Below, piece by piece: positions 29,003 through 39,706 of a stretch of DNA of 64,000 bases (the stretch's first letter is position 1; each line of letters starts with the position of its first letter). Both the position numbers and the translations under genes were made by a program. The notes beneath the pieces are model-generated. The model was not told where the DNA came from. It saw only the letters and a program-made list of their open reading frames with translations, and made no database searches. This DNA comes from Candidatus Parcubacteria bacterium (GTDB lineage Bacteria > Patescibacteriota > Minisyncoccia > Phycocordibacterales > UBA918). The stretch spans positions 32,001 to 96,000 of the forward strand of contig JBJOPW010000002.1 in NCBI GenBank assembly GCA_046050355.1, written 5' to 3'.

Positions 29003-29554
29003 ATGAAACAGCTCACATTTATCACTGGCAACCCAAACAAAGTTAAGCAACTAGAGCTTTATCTCAAGTTCCCGGTGGAGTACCGGGCAATTGATTTGCC
29101 CGAAATCCAAAGCCTCGATTTGGAAACGGTCGCGGTAGCAAAAGCGCAGGCGGCTTATGCGATTCACAAAGCGCCGGTGCTGATTGAAGATATTGGGCTG
29201 TCGTTTTCGGCGTTGGGCGGCCTCCCTGGTCCGTTTGTAAAGTGGTTCCTCGAAACGGTTGGTAACGAAGGTATGTGCCGCATGCTCGACAGCTATCAGG
29301 ATCGCACAGCTATCGGAGCCGTCTGCTATGTCTTGTGTGACGAGCATGGACACCAAGTGTTCACCGCTGCGCGAGAGGGGACTATTGCCATGACCCCGCG
29401 TGGCCCGAGTTACTTTGGTTGGAATCCGATTTTCATCCCTAAAGGGGAAACAAACACCTATGCCGAGATGTCGCCAGAAAAAGAACAGGCAACTTCACTC
29501 CGCCGAACAGCTATTGGCAAGCTTCAGACGTATCTCGACGCCAATTACCAGTGA
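29003..29554 (+). CDS. Non-canonical purine NTP pyrophosphatase (ITPase/HAM1)
   Basis: FITGNPNK, LPEIQ, LPGPFVKWF, FGWNPIF. Confidence 0.92.
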   Translation: MKQLTFITGNPNKVKQLELYLKFPVEYRAIDLPEIQSLDLETVAVAKAQAAYAIHKAPVLIEDIGLSFSALGGLPGPFVKWFLETVGNEGMCRMLDSYQDRTAIGAVCYVLCDEHGHQVFTAAREGTIAMTPRGPSYFGWNPIFIPKGETNTYAEMSPEKEQATSLRRTAIGKLQTYLDANYQ

Positions 29555-29612
29555 CAGGTCGCCCTTAGGGGCGGCTTTTGTTTGGTAGTAGCTGACAACA
29601 TCACAGTTGCCG

Positions 29613-29957
29613 CTATTTAATTTTGTCCCCAATAGCGATATGGAAGTGGAGATGAGGTGTGTCTTGCCACTTACCAATATTTGTTAGTAATTGTACTCCT
29701 TTATTCTGAAGCTCTTCTTCTGGTATGGTACGAATAATATCTCGGGCAACGGTGAGAATTTCTTCATATAAAGAAGTGTCAGTTACATGACGAATATCCC
29801 AAATATGCTCTTTAGGAATTATGACTATATGTTTTTCCCAAAACGGTTTGGTATGGTAGTACGCTAATATGCGATCGCTTTCAAACACCTTTTCAATATC
29901 CGCATCTTGCTTGAGGGCTACATCGCAATAAAAATCGAAGTCATCGGGATTACTCAT
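29613..29957 (-). CDS. HIT-family hydrolase
   Basis: HLHFHI motif. Confidence 0.9.
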   Translation of the reverse strand: MSNPDDFDFYCDVALKQDADIEKVFESDRILAYYHTKPFWEKHIVIIPKEHIWDIRHVTDTSLYEEILTVARDIIRTIPEEELQNKGVQLLTNIGKWQDTPHLHFHIAIGDKIK

Positions 29958-30034
29958 TAAAAAATTATAGCAGGTTTGTCTGCCTGCTAGGGATAAGGGT
30001 GAAAGTTAGTCGTGGGAGATAAAAAGAAACCGCC

Positions 30035-30787
30035 TTAGGGAGGGTCGGTTTCAGGAGGGGCAAGTTTTGCCCAGCGTGTGATAGCATCGTCGCAATGCTT
30101 GATCGCCACTTTGTTGCCAGCATCAGCTTGAGTGCGATTGCTGCTTTGGTCGAGCCACAGACGGGCGGTAGCGACCGGCAACCCCTTCTCGACTAGCCAG
30201 TCAAGACAGCCTGGGTCGACATCCACGTAGATTTCAGACAGACGACTGTGGAACAGCGAGTCTGCCTGAGCGATATCCCCTCGGTCGAGGAAGATCGATA
30301 CGACGAGGGTGTCGTACTGTCTACCATCCTGGTAGAAGAGAACGATCAACTCTTCCGCAGAAATGGGCGAATACTGCTCAAAAGCTTCCAAGAGCAGTTG
30401 ACGGTTCTCGCCTTTGGGAAGTTTTTCCCAAAGCAGCTGCGCAATTTCAAGCAGGGCTGGATTCAGAACACCGTTGATTTGCGTCAGCAGGAGTACGTCT
30501 CGGACGGGGTGGCGCAACCCACGGAAGGTGGCAGGGATTCCAACCAAGTGAGCCAACTCGGCCCACTTTTCCAAGAGTGCCGCCACGACTGCGGTGAGGA
30601 TGTTTGCTCGATCAGTTTCGGGCAGGTTGCTCACAGCAATGTGCTGAAAAGCCCGTCGGCATGGTGTAGCTTCGTAATCCGTGAGATTCTTGAAGTCTTT
30701 GGACAGATTCCGGTCGATGCCGAAGAAGTCCGTCCAGTCCTTTTGGGTGGCAGTGATTGCATCAAAGTCCATCGTCGTCTCCAGCAA
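30035..30787 (-). CDS. Hypothetical protein
   Basis: 250 aa ORF with TTGACG..TATTGT promoter-like sequence upstream; no family recognised. Confidence 0.55.
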   Translation of the reverse strand: MLETTMDFDAITATQKDWTDFFGIDRNLSKDFKNLTDYEATPCRRAFQHIAVSNLPETDRANILTAVVAALLEKWAELAHLVGIPATFRGLRHPVRDVLLLTQINGVLNPALLEIAQLLWEKLPKGENRQLLLEAFEQYSPISAEELIVLFYQDGRQYDTLVVSIFLDRGDIAQADSLFHSRLSEIYVDVDPGCLDWLVEKGLPVATARLWLDQSSNRTQADAGNKVAIKHCDDAITRWAKLAPPETDPP

Positions 30788-31074
30788 AGATCGGTGCGTG
30801 ACCTACGCAGCAAGGGAACATTCCGTGCCAGCTTACAATATAAACAAATCTCGTCAATGGAGAGGCGGCTACCGGAAGGAATTGGTCACAGGTTACTAAG
30901 CTTTTTATTTCGCTTTGCTCATAAAAATCTAAGTACCCGCGACCCCGCCTCGGCCGTTTTATTTCTAGAAAGAAATAAAACATGCCTGCGACTTTCAATT
31001 CCCGGACGCAAGTGATACTAATCACTTGCTTAGCCGCCCCAATATAAAAGACCCCAAAAAGGGGTCCTTTATAT

Positions 31075-31150
31075 TGGGGCGGCTACCGGGAATTGAACCC
31101 GAATTGAGAGTTCCACAAACTCCAGTAATAACCATTATACCATAGCCGCC
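31075..31150 (-). tRNA. tRNA-His(GTG)
   Basis: Reverse complement G-GCGGCTATGGTATAATGG..GGAGT-TTGTGGA-ACTCT..TTCAATTCCC..CCA, with G-1. Confidence 0.93.
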
Positions 31151-31366
31151 AGATTGGTCACGCAAGTAGGGAGTTACTCGCGTGACCACTGTTATACCTA
31201 TTTTTTCGGAAAAAGTCGAGTCCGCAACCCGCGACTAGCTATTAGATTGATATTTTGTATACTGAAAGGTATCTATGGATCAAGAGACACTTTTAATCGC
31301 TATCTTCTTCACCTTTATGATCGGGGCGGGGATTGGTTTTTACGTGACCAAAGCCATTATTGGTGT

Positions 31367-32497
31367 ATGAGGCACTGGTTGCTCACACTGGCGACATTCC
31401 TCATCCTCTGTAGCGGCAGTAGCGTTGCCTTAGCCCAAGAAGTACACCAAGAACTCCAAGAGACAGTTCGAGCGGAGGTGCTTGAGATAGTAAAAGCCTA
31501 CGACCGGGATATTATGGGTACCGGAGCGACCACCACCGTGCAGGAACTGCGCGCCAAGCTCCTCTCGGGAAGTAAGGCGGGGGAGGTGGTCCGCTTTGAA
31601 AACGACCTCATGGTCCTCGCGGTCGGGGACAAAATATTTGTTAATCGACTGGTATCAATTGAAGGTGAGGAATACTACATCTTTAAAGATATTGAACGAC
31701 GACCGCAGCTCCTTATTTTGGCGGTTCTCCTTTCGGTCCTGGTGGTAGTGTTTGCCCGCTGGCAGGGGATACGGGCTATCCTCAGTCTCGCTCTCAGTGT
31801 GGTCGCTATTCTCTTTTTGTTGGTGCCGGCACTCCTTGCGGGGTACGATCCGGCGCTCGCGAGCTTTGCCATTGCAGCGGTGATTCTCGCGCTCACGCTC
31901 TTTTTGACTCATGGGTTTGGTATTTATGTGCGGATTGCGTACTTTGGGACGATGGCGGCGGTAGGGGTTACCTGTCTCGTGGCGTGGTTCTCGGTTACGT
32001 GGCTCCACCTTACTGGCTTTAGTGCAGACGCGTCGGTGTATCTCAACTTCGCCACCGGCGGACAGCTTGATCTTGCCGGACTCCTCCTTGGGGGGATTAT
32101 CATTGGACTCTTAGGGGTGCTTGATGATGTCTCAATTACTCAAGCCTCGGTGGTGCAGGAACTCCGCCGGGCCAACTCTACTCTTGGGGTTCGTTCGCTC
32201 TACGAACGGGGAGTGCGGGTGGGGCGCGATCATGTTGGGTCACTGGTGAATACTCTCGCACTCGCGTACGTGGGGACGGCGCTGCCGCTGGTGCTTCTCT
32301 ATACCCAATCCCAAGCACCGTTCCTTGATATTCTCAATCAAGAGGTAGTGGCCGCTGAGCTCGTGCGTATTATTGTCGGGAGTATCGGGCTCGTGCTCGC
32401 GGTGCCGTTTACTACCTTGGTGGCCGCTTACTACTTTTCACGGCATGAAATTGACAACAACTTGTCCACAACGCACAGCCATCACCATCACCATTAG
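31367..32497 (+). CDS. YibE/F-family membrane protein
   Basis: LGVLDDVSITQAS, GRDHVGSLVNTL, His-rich tail. Confidence 0.9.
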   Translation: MRHWLLTLATFLILCSGSSVALAQEVHQELQETVRAEVLEIVKAYDRDIMGTGATTTVQELRAKLLSGSKAGEVVRFENDLMVLAVGDKIFVNRLVSIEGEEYYIFKDIERRPQLLILAVLLSVLVVVFARWQGIRAILSLALSVVAILFLLVPALLAGYDPALASFAIAAVILALTLFLTHGFGIYVRIAYFGTMAAVGVTCLVAWFSVTWLHLTGFSADASVYLNFATGGQLDLAGLLLGGIIIGLLGVLDDVSITQASVVQELRRANSTLGVRSLYERGVRVGRDHVGSLVNTLALAYVGTALPLVLLYTQSQAPFLDILNQEVVAAELVRIIVGSIGLVLAVPFTTLVAAYYFSRHEIDNNLSTTHSHHHHH

Positions 32498-32706
32498 ACT
32501 GTGCCCAAAACGTCCTCATACGTTGTTGCGCTTCATTCAGAAACATTCACCGTATAAAAAATACGACTCATATTTCTTCATTCACGCGCCTAGTCTGAGG
32601 GCGTTTTGAACACAGTCATTGTTAGTTGTATAGGGTTTTGTCACTTACTTAAGAAGCGTATAATAGAGGTACCTTTATTTAATCAGGGTAATTTTAATAC
32701 AAAGCT

Positions 32707-33096
32707 ATGAAAGGATTTGTTGAAGAGTTCAAAGCCTTCGCCATGCGAGGCAATGTCGTCGATTTGGCAGTAGCGGTGGTTATTGGTGCAGCTTTTGGCA
32801 AGATCGTCTCATCGCTTGTCGAGAATATTTTTATGCCAGTCATTGGTATTCTCGTCGGCGGGGTTGATTTTACTGGTTGGGCTCTCAAGGTTGGGGAGGT
32901 GAATATTGCCTATGGCGCCTTCCTGCAGAGTGTCTTTGACTTTATCATCGTGGCTTTTGTCATCTTTATGGTGGTGAAGGGTATGGCAAAGATGAAGAAG
33001 GCTGAAGAGGCGGCCCCAGCGAAGCCAGCTGAACCATCAGTCGAAGCAAAGCTCCTGATGGAAATCCGTGATAGTTTGCGTCACCACCACAACTAA
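32707..33096 (+). CDS. mscL: Large-conductance mechanosensitive channel
   Basis: [35 protein letters not shown]. Confidence 0.97.
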   Translation: MKGFVEEFKAFAMRGNVVDLAVAVVIGAAFGKIVSSLVENIFMPVIGILVGGVDFTGWALKVGEVNIAYGAFLQSVFDFIIVAFVIFMVVKGMAKMKKAEEAAPAKPAEPSVEAKLLMEIRDSLRHHHN

Positions 33097-33585
33097 TTAA
33101 ATGGAATACTCTCAGTAAGGAGTATTGCCACTATAACGGTATAAAACGTACAAATCGAGTGTCCAACCGGTCACTCGATTTGTTTGTCTCTCTCGCCAAA
33201 GTCATAAAACAGTTCTGCAATACGGACTGTCCACTAGTTATCCACATTTAGGGAGTGACCTAAACTAATCGAGCTATATTTTTCAAGCTTTTCTTCGAAA
33301 AGACTCGTCTTTTTACAAGACACCAAAACCACACTATGATAGAGATACCGCACGAGTTCTCCAATCGTGCGTGTCGGGGTAATAGACACGCCACGGGCAC
33401 GCCAATTTTTATGACGTGAACATTGGCCAGCATGTTCTGGTGTGTCTTTATTTCCCTCAGGTTCTTTACTAAACCCAATCGACTCATTGTATTGTAGTTA
33501 GCCGCTCACAAGAAGAGAGTACCACCACAGATTGTGTTTGGATGAGAATAATTTATTACCGCTGTCGCCTAACTGTTGTTGTGAT

Positions 33586-34899
33586 ATGGAAATTAAGCAG
33601 ATAAAAAAGCGTGATGGTTCAATTAAGCCATTTGATATTGGCAAGATCGAGCACGCCATCCTCATGGCTCTCTCGGAGACTAATGCTGGGGGGGTGGAGG
33701 ATGCCAAAAAAGTCGCGACATTGGTTCACCAAAAAGTAGTATCAATGTGTGTGCAGGCTGGTACGGCTGAAAATGGAGACCCAAAAGCTCAGAAGTGTAT
33801 CGATGGCTACCCAACGGTAGAAGAGATCCAAGACCTGGTCGAAGCGTCTCTGATGGAGCTCAATTACTTTGATACCGCTAAGGCGTACATCATTTATCGC
33901 AATGAACGCAAGAAGATGCGCGAGCGCGATATCTTCCGCAAGCGTCAGAACTTGAAACCCTACGAGTACCCTGAGCTTTACGAGTATGTCGATGCCATTC
34001 GTCACTCCTACTGGGTACATACCGAATTTAACTTCACCGGCGATGTGCAGCATTTCCATGTGAATGTGAATGATGCCGAGCGTAATGCCATCAAGAACAC
34101 CATGCTCGCCATCGCGCAGATTGAAGTAGCGGTGAAGAGTTTCTGGGGGGACATCTACAAAAAGATGCCAAAGCCAGAAATTGGGGCAGTGGGATCGACG
34201 TTTGCTGAGTCAGAGATTCGTCACACTGATGCCTACTCACACCTGCTTGAAATCCTTGGGCTCAACAACGAGTTTGCAAAGATTAAAGATATTCCGGTGA
34301 TTCAGCAGCGGATGGACTACCTTGATAAGGTGGCAGAACTCTCGCGCACCCAGGAGAATCGCGAGTACGCCCATGCCATCATGCTCTTCTCGCTCTTTAT
34401 TGAGCACGTGTCACTGTTCTCACAGTTCCTTATTATGATGTCGTTTAACAAGCACAAGAACTTGTTTAAGGGTATCAGTAATGCGGTTGAGGCGACGAGT
34501 AAAGAAGAAAACCTGCATGGTCTCTTCGGTATTGACGTCATTAACATTATCAAAGAAGAGCATCCAGAGTGGTTTGATAAGGCCATGCAGGAAGCTATCC
34601 TCAAGGCCTGTGAAGAAGCCTATGAAGCTGAAAGCCGTGTGGTGGACTGGATCTTCGAAGCTGGAGAATTGGACTTTTTGCCGTCACAGAACGTCAAGGA
34701 GTTTATCAAGAATCGTCTCAATAACTCGCTTGCAGCGATTGGCATGCCTCGGCACTTTGAGGTGAGTGAGGCCCTCCTTGAAGAAACTGATTGGTTTGAC
34801 AATGAAGTGATTGCCACGAAGCATGTCGACTTCTTTGATAAGCGTTCAATCAATTACAACAAACGCGCCGCCAGTGTTACCAGTGAAGATTTATTCTAG
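33586..34899 (+). CDS. nrdB: Class I ribonucleotide reductase beta subunit with N-terminal ATP-cone
   Basis: IKKRDGSIKPFD..KI ATP-cone; ESEIRH, EENLH metal ligands. Confidence 0.92.
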   Translation: MEIKQIKKRDGSIKPFDIGKIEHAILMALSETNAGGVEDAKKVATLVHQKVVSMCVQAGTAENGDPKAQKCIDGYPTVEEIQDLVEASLMELNYFDTAKAYIIYRNERKKMRERDIFRKRQNLKPYEYPELYEYVDAIRHSYWVHTEFNFTGDVQHFHVNVNDAERNAIKNTMLAIAQIEVAVKSFWGDIYKKMPKPEIGAVGSTFAESEIRHTDAYSHLLEILGLNNEFAKIKDIPVIQQRMDYLDKVAELSRTQENREYAHAIMLFSLFIEHVSLFSQFLIMMSFNKHKNLFKGISNAVEATSKEENLHGLFGIDVINIIKEEHPEWFDKAMQEAILKACEEAYEAESRVVDWIFEAGELDFLPSQNVKEFIKNRLNNSLAAIGMPRHFEVSEALLEETDWFDNEVIATKHVDFFDKRSINYNKRAASVTSEDLF

Positions 34900-34929
34900 T
34901 TTGTCGCGCAGCTGACTTAATTTCCGTTT

Positions 34930-36618
34930 ATGCAAAAGAATGTACCGTGGAGTTGGATTAATGAAAATACGCGTGCGTTCATGTCACGTGGCTACCTCGT
35001 TGATGGACAGACGACCGAAGAACGAGTGCGGGCGATTGGTGAACATGCCGAAAAAATCCTCGGCCAAAAAGGCTTTGCGGATAAGTTCGAAAAGTACATG
35101 AGTCTCGGATGGATTTCACTCGCAACGCCGGTCTGGGCGAACTTTGGCCTTAAGCGCGGGCTTCCTATCAGTTGCTTCGGTTCATACGTAGCTGATGATA
35201 TGGCGAATATTCTCCATACTCAGGCCGAGGTAGGCATGATGAGTAAGTACGGTGGGGGATGTTCTGCCTACTTTGGTGACCTTCGCCCGCGGGGGAGTGA
35301 AATTACCCAAAACGGTAATTCCTCTGGCCCGGTGCATTTTATGCAACTCTTTGAAAAGATTCTTGATGTGGTGAGTCAGGGGGCGACCCGCCGTGGTGTG
35401 TTTGCTGCCTACTTACCAGTCGAGCATCCCGATATCCTCGAATTCCTCGATATTGGTACCGAAGGTAACCCGATTCAAAAAATTAACCATGCGGTCACTG
35501 TCACTAATAAGTGGATGGAAGAGATGGTGGCCGGTGACGCCGACAAGCGCGCTATCTGGGCCAAGGTTATTCAGCGGCGTGGTGAAATTGGGTATCCGTA
35601 TATTATCTTTATTGATAATGCGAACGATGGTAAGCCAGAAGTCTACAAGGACAAAAATCTCCCGATCTACGCGAGTAATGTTTGTAGTGAGATTATGTTG
35701 CCAAGTAATCGTGATTGGTCATTTGTGTGCTGTCTCTCGTCTATCAACATCATGCACTACGATGATTGGAAGGATACTGATTTGGTGGAAACGATGACGT
35801 ATTTCCTGGAAGCAGTCATGACCGAGTTCATAAATAAACTCGAAGCCATGCGTGATCACGAAGATGCTGATAAGCGTCTCGCATTTCGGTTTATGGAACG
35901 ACCGTACAACTTTGCGGTCGCGAACCGTGCGCTTGGCCTTGGAGTACTTGGGTACCACTCGTATTTGCAGTCCAAAGGCCTCGCTTTTGAAAGTGATGAA
36001 GCGGGTCGCCTGAATACCGAAATCTTCAAGCTCATGCAAGAGCGATCACTCAAGGCATCAGCCGAGATGGCCAAAGAAATTGGCGAACCAGAGATTCTCA
36101 AAGGGTATGGTCGCCGTCATACGACGACGATGGCGATTGCGCCAACTACTTCGTCAGCCTTTATTCTCGGGCAGGTGTCACAGGGTATTGAGCCGATTTG
36201 GTCTAACTGCTACATCAAGGATGTAGCGAAGCTCAAGGTGGTGATTAAGAACCCAACTCTCGAAACACTACTTGAAGCTAAGGATAAAAACACCAAAGAA
36301 GTCTGGGATAGTATTCGTGATAATGACGGGTCGGTCCAACATCTCGATTTCCTTAGTGAAGATGAAAAGGCCGTCTTCCGTACATTTGCGGAGATTGATC
36401 AGGGTAAGCTTATTGAGCATGCCGCCGAACGCCAGCAGTACATTGATCAAGGCCAGTCACTAAACGTGATGGTGGCGCCCGATACGCCAGTGAAGGAGAT
36501 CAACCAGCTCTACCTCAAGGCATGGAAGCAGGGTTGCAAAGCGCTCTACTACCAACACAGTATGAATGCTGCGCAGCAGCTGACCCGCAAGAAGATTCAG
36601 GAACGAGCCAATAAATAA
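34930..36618 (+). CDS. nrdA: Class I ribonucleotide reductase alpha subunit (no ATP-cone)
   Basis: PISCF, SNVCSEI, AIAPTTSS, DQGQSLN, ALYY. Confidence 0.95.
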   Translation: MQKNVPWSWINENTRAFMSRGYLVDGQTTEERVRAIGEHAEKILGQKGFADKFEKYMSLGWISLATPVWANFGLKRGLPISCFGSYVADDMANILHTQAEVGMMSKYGGGCSAYFGDLRPRGSEITQNGNSSGPVHFMQLFEKILDVVSQGATRRGVFAAYLPVEHPDILEFLDIGTEGNPIQKINHAVTVTNKWMEEMVAGDADKRAIWAKVIQRRGEIGYPYIIFIDNANDGKPEVYKDKNLPIYASNVCSEIMLPSNRDWSFVCCLSSINIMHYDDWKDTDLVETMTYFLEAVMTEFINKLEAMRDHEDADKRLAFRFMERPYNFAVANRALGLGVLGYHSYLQSKGLAFESDEAGRLNTEIFKLMQERSLKASAEMAKEIGEPEILKGYGRRHTTTMAIAPTTSSAFILGQVSQGIEPIWSNCYIKDVAKLKVVIKNPTLETLLEAKDKNTKEVWDSIRDNDGSVQHLDFLSEDEKAVFRTFAEIDQGKLIEHAAERQQYIDQGQSLNVMVAPDTPVKEINQLYLKAWKQGCKALYYQHSMNAAQQLTRKKIQERANK

Positions 36619-36946
36619 TGAATCGAAAAGATGGAGTATTGAAAAGGGATAGAGAAAATGAAAAAGGTATAAAACAGCCAGAAAGCAAAGCTTTCTGGCT
36701 GTTTTATATGTTGCAATTCCATTTCCAATTTTCCATAATTAATACGGTGGATATGTACCCTCGACGTTCGATAGGCTCATGTATGATAGAGGGTAAGGAG
36801 TAAGCGATATTGGGCAGGGACTATGTTTCGCGACGACATGGTCCCCGCCGAGCATCGCTTTTTCTTATGGTCGAATGCAGCCTGGCTTAGCGTAGAAATG
36901 GTTGTGATACCTAGAGCTTTATTGCCAATTTTGTATAATAACCAAT

Positions 36947-37885
36947 ATGTTACGTCTGTTAGCGGTGTTGCTCATCTGTTCGTTGGCACTATATTGGTAT
37001 GCGGCGGTGGGTATGGTCTGTCCGGCTCCTTTGACATACCAGATCAATCAGCAAATCGATGAACGTTTTGGTATTACAGCAACTGAGCTCGAAGAGGCAA
37101 CGGAAAAAGCAATTGGTATCTGGGAGACCGCGTCAGGACGTGAACTTTTTACGCTAGCGACCAGTAAGGATGTCGAGGTTACTATCAACCTCGTATTTGA
37201 CGACCGACAGGCCGCCTTGCTAGCAGAAGAGACAATCAGGGAGTCTTTAACTCATAAAGAAATGAGCTCAGTACAACTCCAAGAAACCTATGACTCCTTG
37301 GTGGCGGAATACCAAACAGCCAAGCAGACACATGAGGCACATGTGGCTGCATACGAAGATCGACTGGCAGCCCATAATGCGCTTGTGGCAACCTACAATG
37401 AAGCTGGTGGGGTGCCAGAGGCAGAGTATGCGGCCTTACAAAAAGCCGAGAGTGCCCTCGCTCGTGAGGCAGACACCCTCGAAAGCGAAACCGAGCGACT
37501 CAACAATCTAGCGCGCGAGATTAATAGTGTCGGTGAAAGAGGTAACCAAATCATCCGTCAATATAATGAAGGCGTCACCACGTACAATGAACGTTTTGGT
37601 GCCGCTGAAGAGTTTACGGAGGGTGACTATCAAAATGGACAAATCAATATTTATACCTTTAAAAATAAGGATGAATTAGTTAAGGTGTTGGCTCATGAGT
37701 TTGGTCACGCGCTCTCTATCCCTCACGTTGAGGGAAGTGAATCCGTCATGTATTATTTACTTGAGGATCAACCGACGCCTCTCACCCTTTCTGCTGAGGA
37801 CACGGCCGCTCTCGTGACGGTATGTGGCAACACTGGCAGTGTGGGGACGCAGGTTCGTACACTCATTAATCGTTATATTATTTAG
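36947..37885 (+). CDS. Matrixin-like zinc metalloprotease with coiled-coil insert
   Basis: AHEFGHALSIPH, SVMY Met-turn. Confidence 0.85.
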   Translation: MLRLLAVLLICSLALYWYAAVGMVCPAPLTYQINQQIDERFGITATELEEATEKAIGIWETASGRELFTLATSKDVEVTINLVFDDRQAALLAEETIRESLTHKEMSSVQLQETYDSLVAEYQTAKQTHEAHVAAYEDRLAAHNALVATYNEAGGVPEAEYAALQKAESALAREADTLESETERLNNLAREINSVGERGNQIIRQYNEGVTTYNERFGAAEEFTEGDYQNGQINIYTFKNKDELVKVLAHEFGHALSIPHVEGSESVMYYLLEDQPTPLTLSAEDTAALVTVCGNTGSVGTQVRTLINRYII

Positions 37886-37888
37886 TTT

Positions 37889-38677
37889 ATGAATAGTCTA
37901 TTTAGCTCAGCTATCAATCGCACATTGGCAACCTTGGTGTTGGTTGGTGTTGTTATTGCTCTTGGTAGTTATGCGTACGTCACACTCAAGAATGCTGGTG
38001 GTTGGGTGGGTCCAACCACCATCAACGTGGTTGGCAATGGAGAAGTAACAGCCGTACCAGATATTGCCACGTTCTCTTTTTCGGTTAAAGCTGAGGGCGC
38101 CGATGCTGCTACCGCTCAGGCTAAGTCTGCTGAAGCCATGAAGGCAGTCAATGACTACCTCAAAGGGGAAGGAGTAGAAGAAAAAGATATAAAAACTACC
38201 GGTTATAATCTCAATCCAAAGTACTCCTATGAAGAGCGACCATGTGCCATGGGTATGTGGTGTCCACCAGGTGAGCAGAAGATGAATGGCTTTGAGGTCT
38301 ACCAGACCGTTACCGTTAAGGTTCGAGATACTGCTAAGGCTGGGAATCTTCTAACTGGAGTTGGTGAGAAAGGAGCCACTGATATTAGTGGGCTTGGCTT
38401 CACTATTGATAATGAAGAAGAATCGAAAGCTAAAGCGCGTGAGTTGGCGATCAAAGATGCCAAGGCACAAGCAGAAGCTCTCGCTACACAACTGGGTGTC
38501 CGATTGGTCGAAATGACTGGTTACTATGAAGAGTCACCATATAATCCATCACCATACTATGGTATGGGTGGTGATATGGCCATGTCGGCGAAGGCTGAAA
38601 TGGCACCAGCAGCTGATGTACCGATGGGTGAAAATACGATTACGAGTCGAGTCAATTTGACCTACCGAGTACGGTAA
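37889..38677 (+). CDS. SIMPL (DUF541) domain protein
   Basis: INVVGNGEVTAVPDIA, AIKDAKAQAEALA. Confidence 0.9.
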   Translation: MNSLFSSAINRTLATLVLVGVVIALGSYAYVTLKNAGGWVGPTTINVVGNGEVTAVPDIATFSFSVKAEGADAATAQAKSAEAMKAVNDYLKGEGVEEKDIKTTGYNLNPKYSYEERPCAMGMWCPPGEQKMNGFEVYQTVTVKVRDTAKAGNLLTGVGEKGATDISGLGFTIDNEEESKAKARELAIKDAKAQAEALATQLGVRLVEMTGYYEESPYNPSPYYGMGGDMAMSAKAEMAPAADVPMGENTITSRVNLTYRVR

Positions 38678-38833
38678 CAATATCCCCTAGACAGGACACA
38701 GAGAACAAAAGACCCAAAAAGGGTCTTTTGTTTAATTGTTTGACACCCTCACAATTGGGGAGTATAGTGTAGTCAAATCGCCACCCGAGGCGTTTTTATT
38801 TTGACCAGTCATTAGTAATATATACATCTATCT

Positions 38834-39022
38834 ATGGAACGTTTCTCGCGCTATATTCGCGCAACAATCGCTGAGATGAAGCATGTGAAGTGGCCTAGTC
38901 GTCGTCAGGCAACAGTATACACCGCCTTGGTACTGGGTATTTCAGCGGTAGTGATGACCTTTGTGTCGTTAGCAGACTTTGTCTTTACTTCCGGTATCGA
39001 CTTTATTGTTAACCGTATCTAA
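38834..39022 (+). CDS. secE: Preprotein translocase subunit SecE
   Basis: EMKHVKWPS; upstream of nusG. Confidence 0.92.
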   Translation: MERFSRYIRATIAEMKHVKWPSRRQATVYTALVLGISAVVMTFVSLADFVFTSGIDFIVNRI

Positions 39023-39027
39023 TTCCT

Positions 39028-39573
39028 ATGGCCAAACAACATTCAACCGGTGAGCGTCGCTGGTACGCCATTCATACTTATTCCGGGTATGAAAACGCGG
39101 TTGCGCGTAATCTCCGTCAGCGTATTGATTCTCTCAATATGCAGGACAAAATCTTTGATGTCGTCGTTCCGTCAGAGAAGAAGATCCGTGTCAAAGGTGG
39201 TAAGCGAGTGACTGAAGAAGAAAATTTGTTTCCAGGGTATGTACTGGTCGAGATGATTGTTGATGATGAATCATGGTATGTCGTTCGGAACACGCCTCGG
39301 GTAACGGGCTTTGTGGGATCAGGTACTCAACCAGTCCCACTCTCAGACGCTGAATACCGCGCGCTCGTGCGCCAGATGTCTGATGATACACCAACTCACA
39401 AAGTTGATCTCTCGGCTGGAGATATGGTTATTATTGCGGATGGTCCATTTAAGGATCTCGAAGGTAAAGTGGGTGAGGTCGACGAGAAGTCAGGTAAGGT
39501 AAAGGTCTTGGTGGCTATGTTCGGGCGCGAGACACCGGTTGAACTCGACTTTCTCCAGATCAAGAAGGTGTAA
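39028..39573 (+). CDS. nusG: Transcription termination/antitermination factor NusG
   Basis: WYAIHTYSGYE, FPGYVLV, KOW, FGRETPVEL. Confidence 0.97.
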   Translation: MAKQHSTGERRWYAIHTYSGYENAVARNLRQRIDSLNMQDKIFDVVVPSEKKIRVKGGKRVTEEENLFPGYVLVEMIVDDESWYVVRNTPRVTGFVGSGTQPVPLSDAEYRALVRQMSDDTPTHKVDLSAGDMVIIADGPFKDLEGKVGEVDEKSGKVKVLVAMFGRETPVELDFLQIKKV

Positions 39574-39706
39574 GGCTGCGTTCACTTTGGGAGTAAAATA
39601 TTCCGTGTCGACACTGCCAAGCGAATGCAAAACGCACAGAAAGCCACCGGTAGCAAACCCGGTGGCTTTCGCCATTTTACAAAACTACACTTCATGGTAT
39701 AATCAA

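Noticed and set aside
30248-31015. 255-aa + strand ORF
   Set aside because: Overlaps the more plausible minus-strand ORF and runs through the tRNA-His palindromic element.
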